Virus record (IMG/VR): IMGVR_UViG_3300049169_000027
Span: 1 to 33,660 of that record
DNA: 33,660 nucleotides
From: a virus
Taxonomy: Duplodnaviria; Caudoviricetes
Reading direction: 5' to 3' (one strand)
Positions 33,342 to 33,660 of this stretch are shown here, piece after piece; the stretch's first letter is position 1, and each line of letters starts with the position of its first letter. Position numbers and translations under genes: made by a program. The notes beneath the pieces are model-generated. The model worked only from the letters and a program-made list of their open reading frames with translations. It was not told the DNA's origin and searched no databases.

Positions 33342-33586
33342 GCGGTCACCGCCGGGCGCCAGGCGAGGGCGGTGCCGAAGCCGCGCGTGCCGACGGTCCA
33401 CTCGGTGCCGTCGGTCATGACGAGCTGGCGGCGGTCGCGGGCGATGCGCGCGTCGTAGCTGTCCGCGGGGATGACCTTGAAGGTGAGGCCGCTGGGGTGG
33501 GTGATTTCGCGGGGGCCGGGCTGCTGGCGCCCGTTGTGGGGCTGGCGGGTGGCGGGGGGGATGCGGTTAGGCTTCTGCTCAGCCAT
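33338..33586 (-). CDS. hypothetical 82-aa protein
   Basis: ATG after GGAGAG SD; coupled to the DUF2637-like gene. Confidence 0.6.
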   Translation of the reverse strand: MAEQKPNRIPPATRQPHNGRQQPGPREITHPSGLTFKVIPADSYDARIARDRRQLVMTDGTEWTVGTRGFGTALAWRPAVTA

Positions 33587-33609
33587 GGGAGGTCACTCTC
33601 CGGTGGTCA

Positions 33610-33645
33610 GAGCCCCGTTCGGTGTGTCCAGCACCTGCGGGGCTC
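33610..33645. promoter_or_regulatory. leader stem-loop upstream of the membrane-gene operon
   Basis: GAGCCCCG/CGGGGCTC outer stem with inner GGTG/CACC stem. Confidence 0.35.
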
Positions 33646-33660
33646 GTTTAGTTGTGGGGC

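Larger units (their letters stand above)
1..33660. mobile_element. temperate actinophage (siphovirus), partial genome
   Basis: Complete morphogenesis and lysis modules, serine integrase, repressor/cro and recombination genes; phage genes run to both edges. Confidence 0.95.

Overview
GC-rich (Streptomyces-like) temperate siphovirus DNA fills the whole window; I see no clear host housekeeping genes. Reading the minus strand from right to left: (1) a cluster of small membrane genes, including a DUF2637/Spd-like protein, then a DUF6221-type gene, a hairpin-rich leader and a PASTA lipoprotein; (2) terminase small/large, portal, MuF-like minor capsid, scaffold, major capsid, head-tail connectors, tail tube, tail chaperone with a -1 frameshift, tape measure and tail proteins; (3) a lysis cassette of amidase endolysin, an intervening NLTPH-motif protein, holin, a 1-TM protein and a collagen-like protein; (4) an accessory island with a KorSA-like GntR/UTRA regulator, palindromic operators, small genes and an XRE gene with a TTA codon; (5) a large serine integrase, a divergent repressor/cro switch with five 16-bp operator-like repeats, and early genes including a RecE-like exonuclease and a RecT/Erf-like annealing protein. 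Phage genes flank the integrase on both sides, so the order is the circular/virion order rather than a prophage end. Most notable: a poly-gamma-glutamate hydrolase domain that appears to split a tail protein at an in-frame TAG-ATG junction, a candidate Crn4-like ring nuclease/anti-CRISPR inside the lysis cassette, and plasmid-type spread (spd)-like and kor-like genes in a phage. All family calls come from motif recognition by eye; no searches were run.
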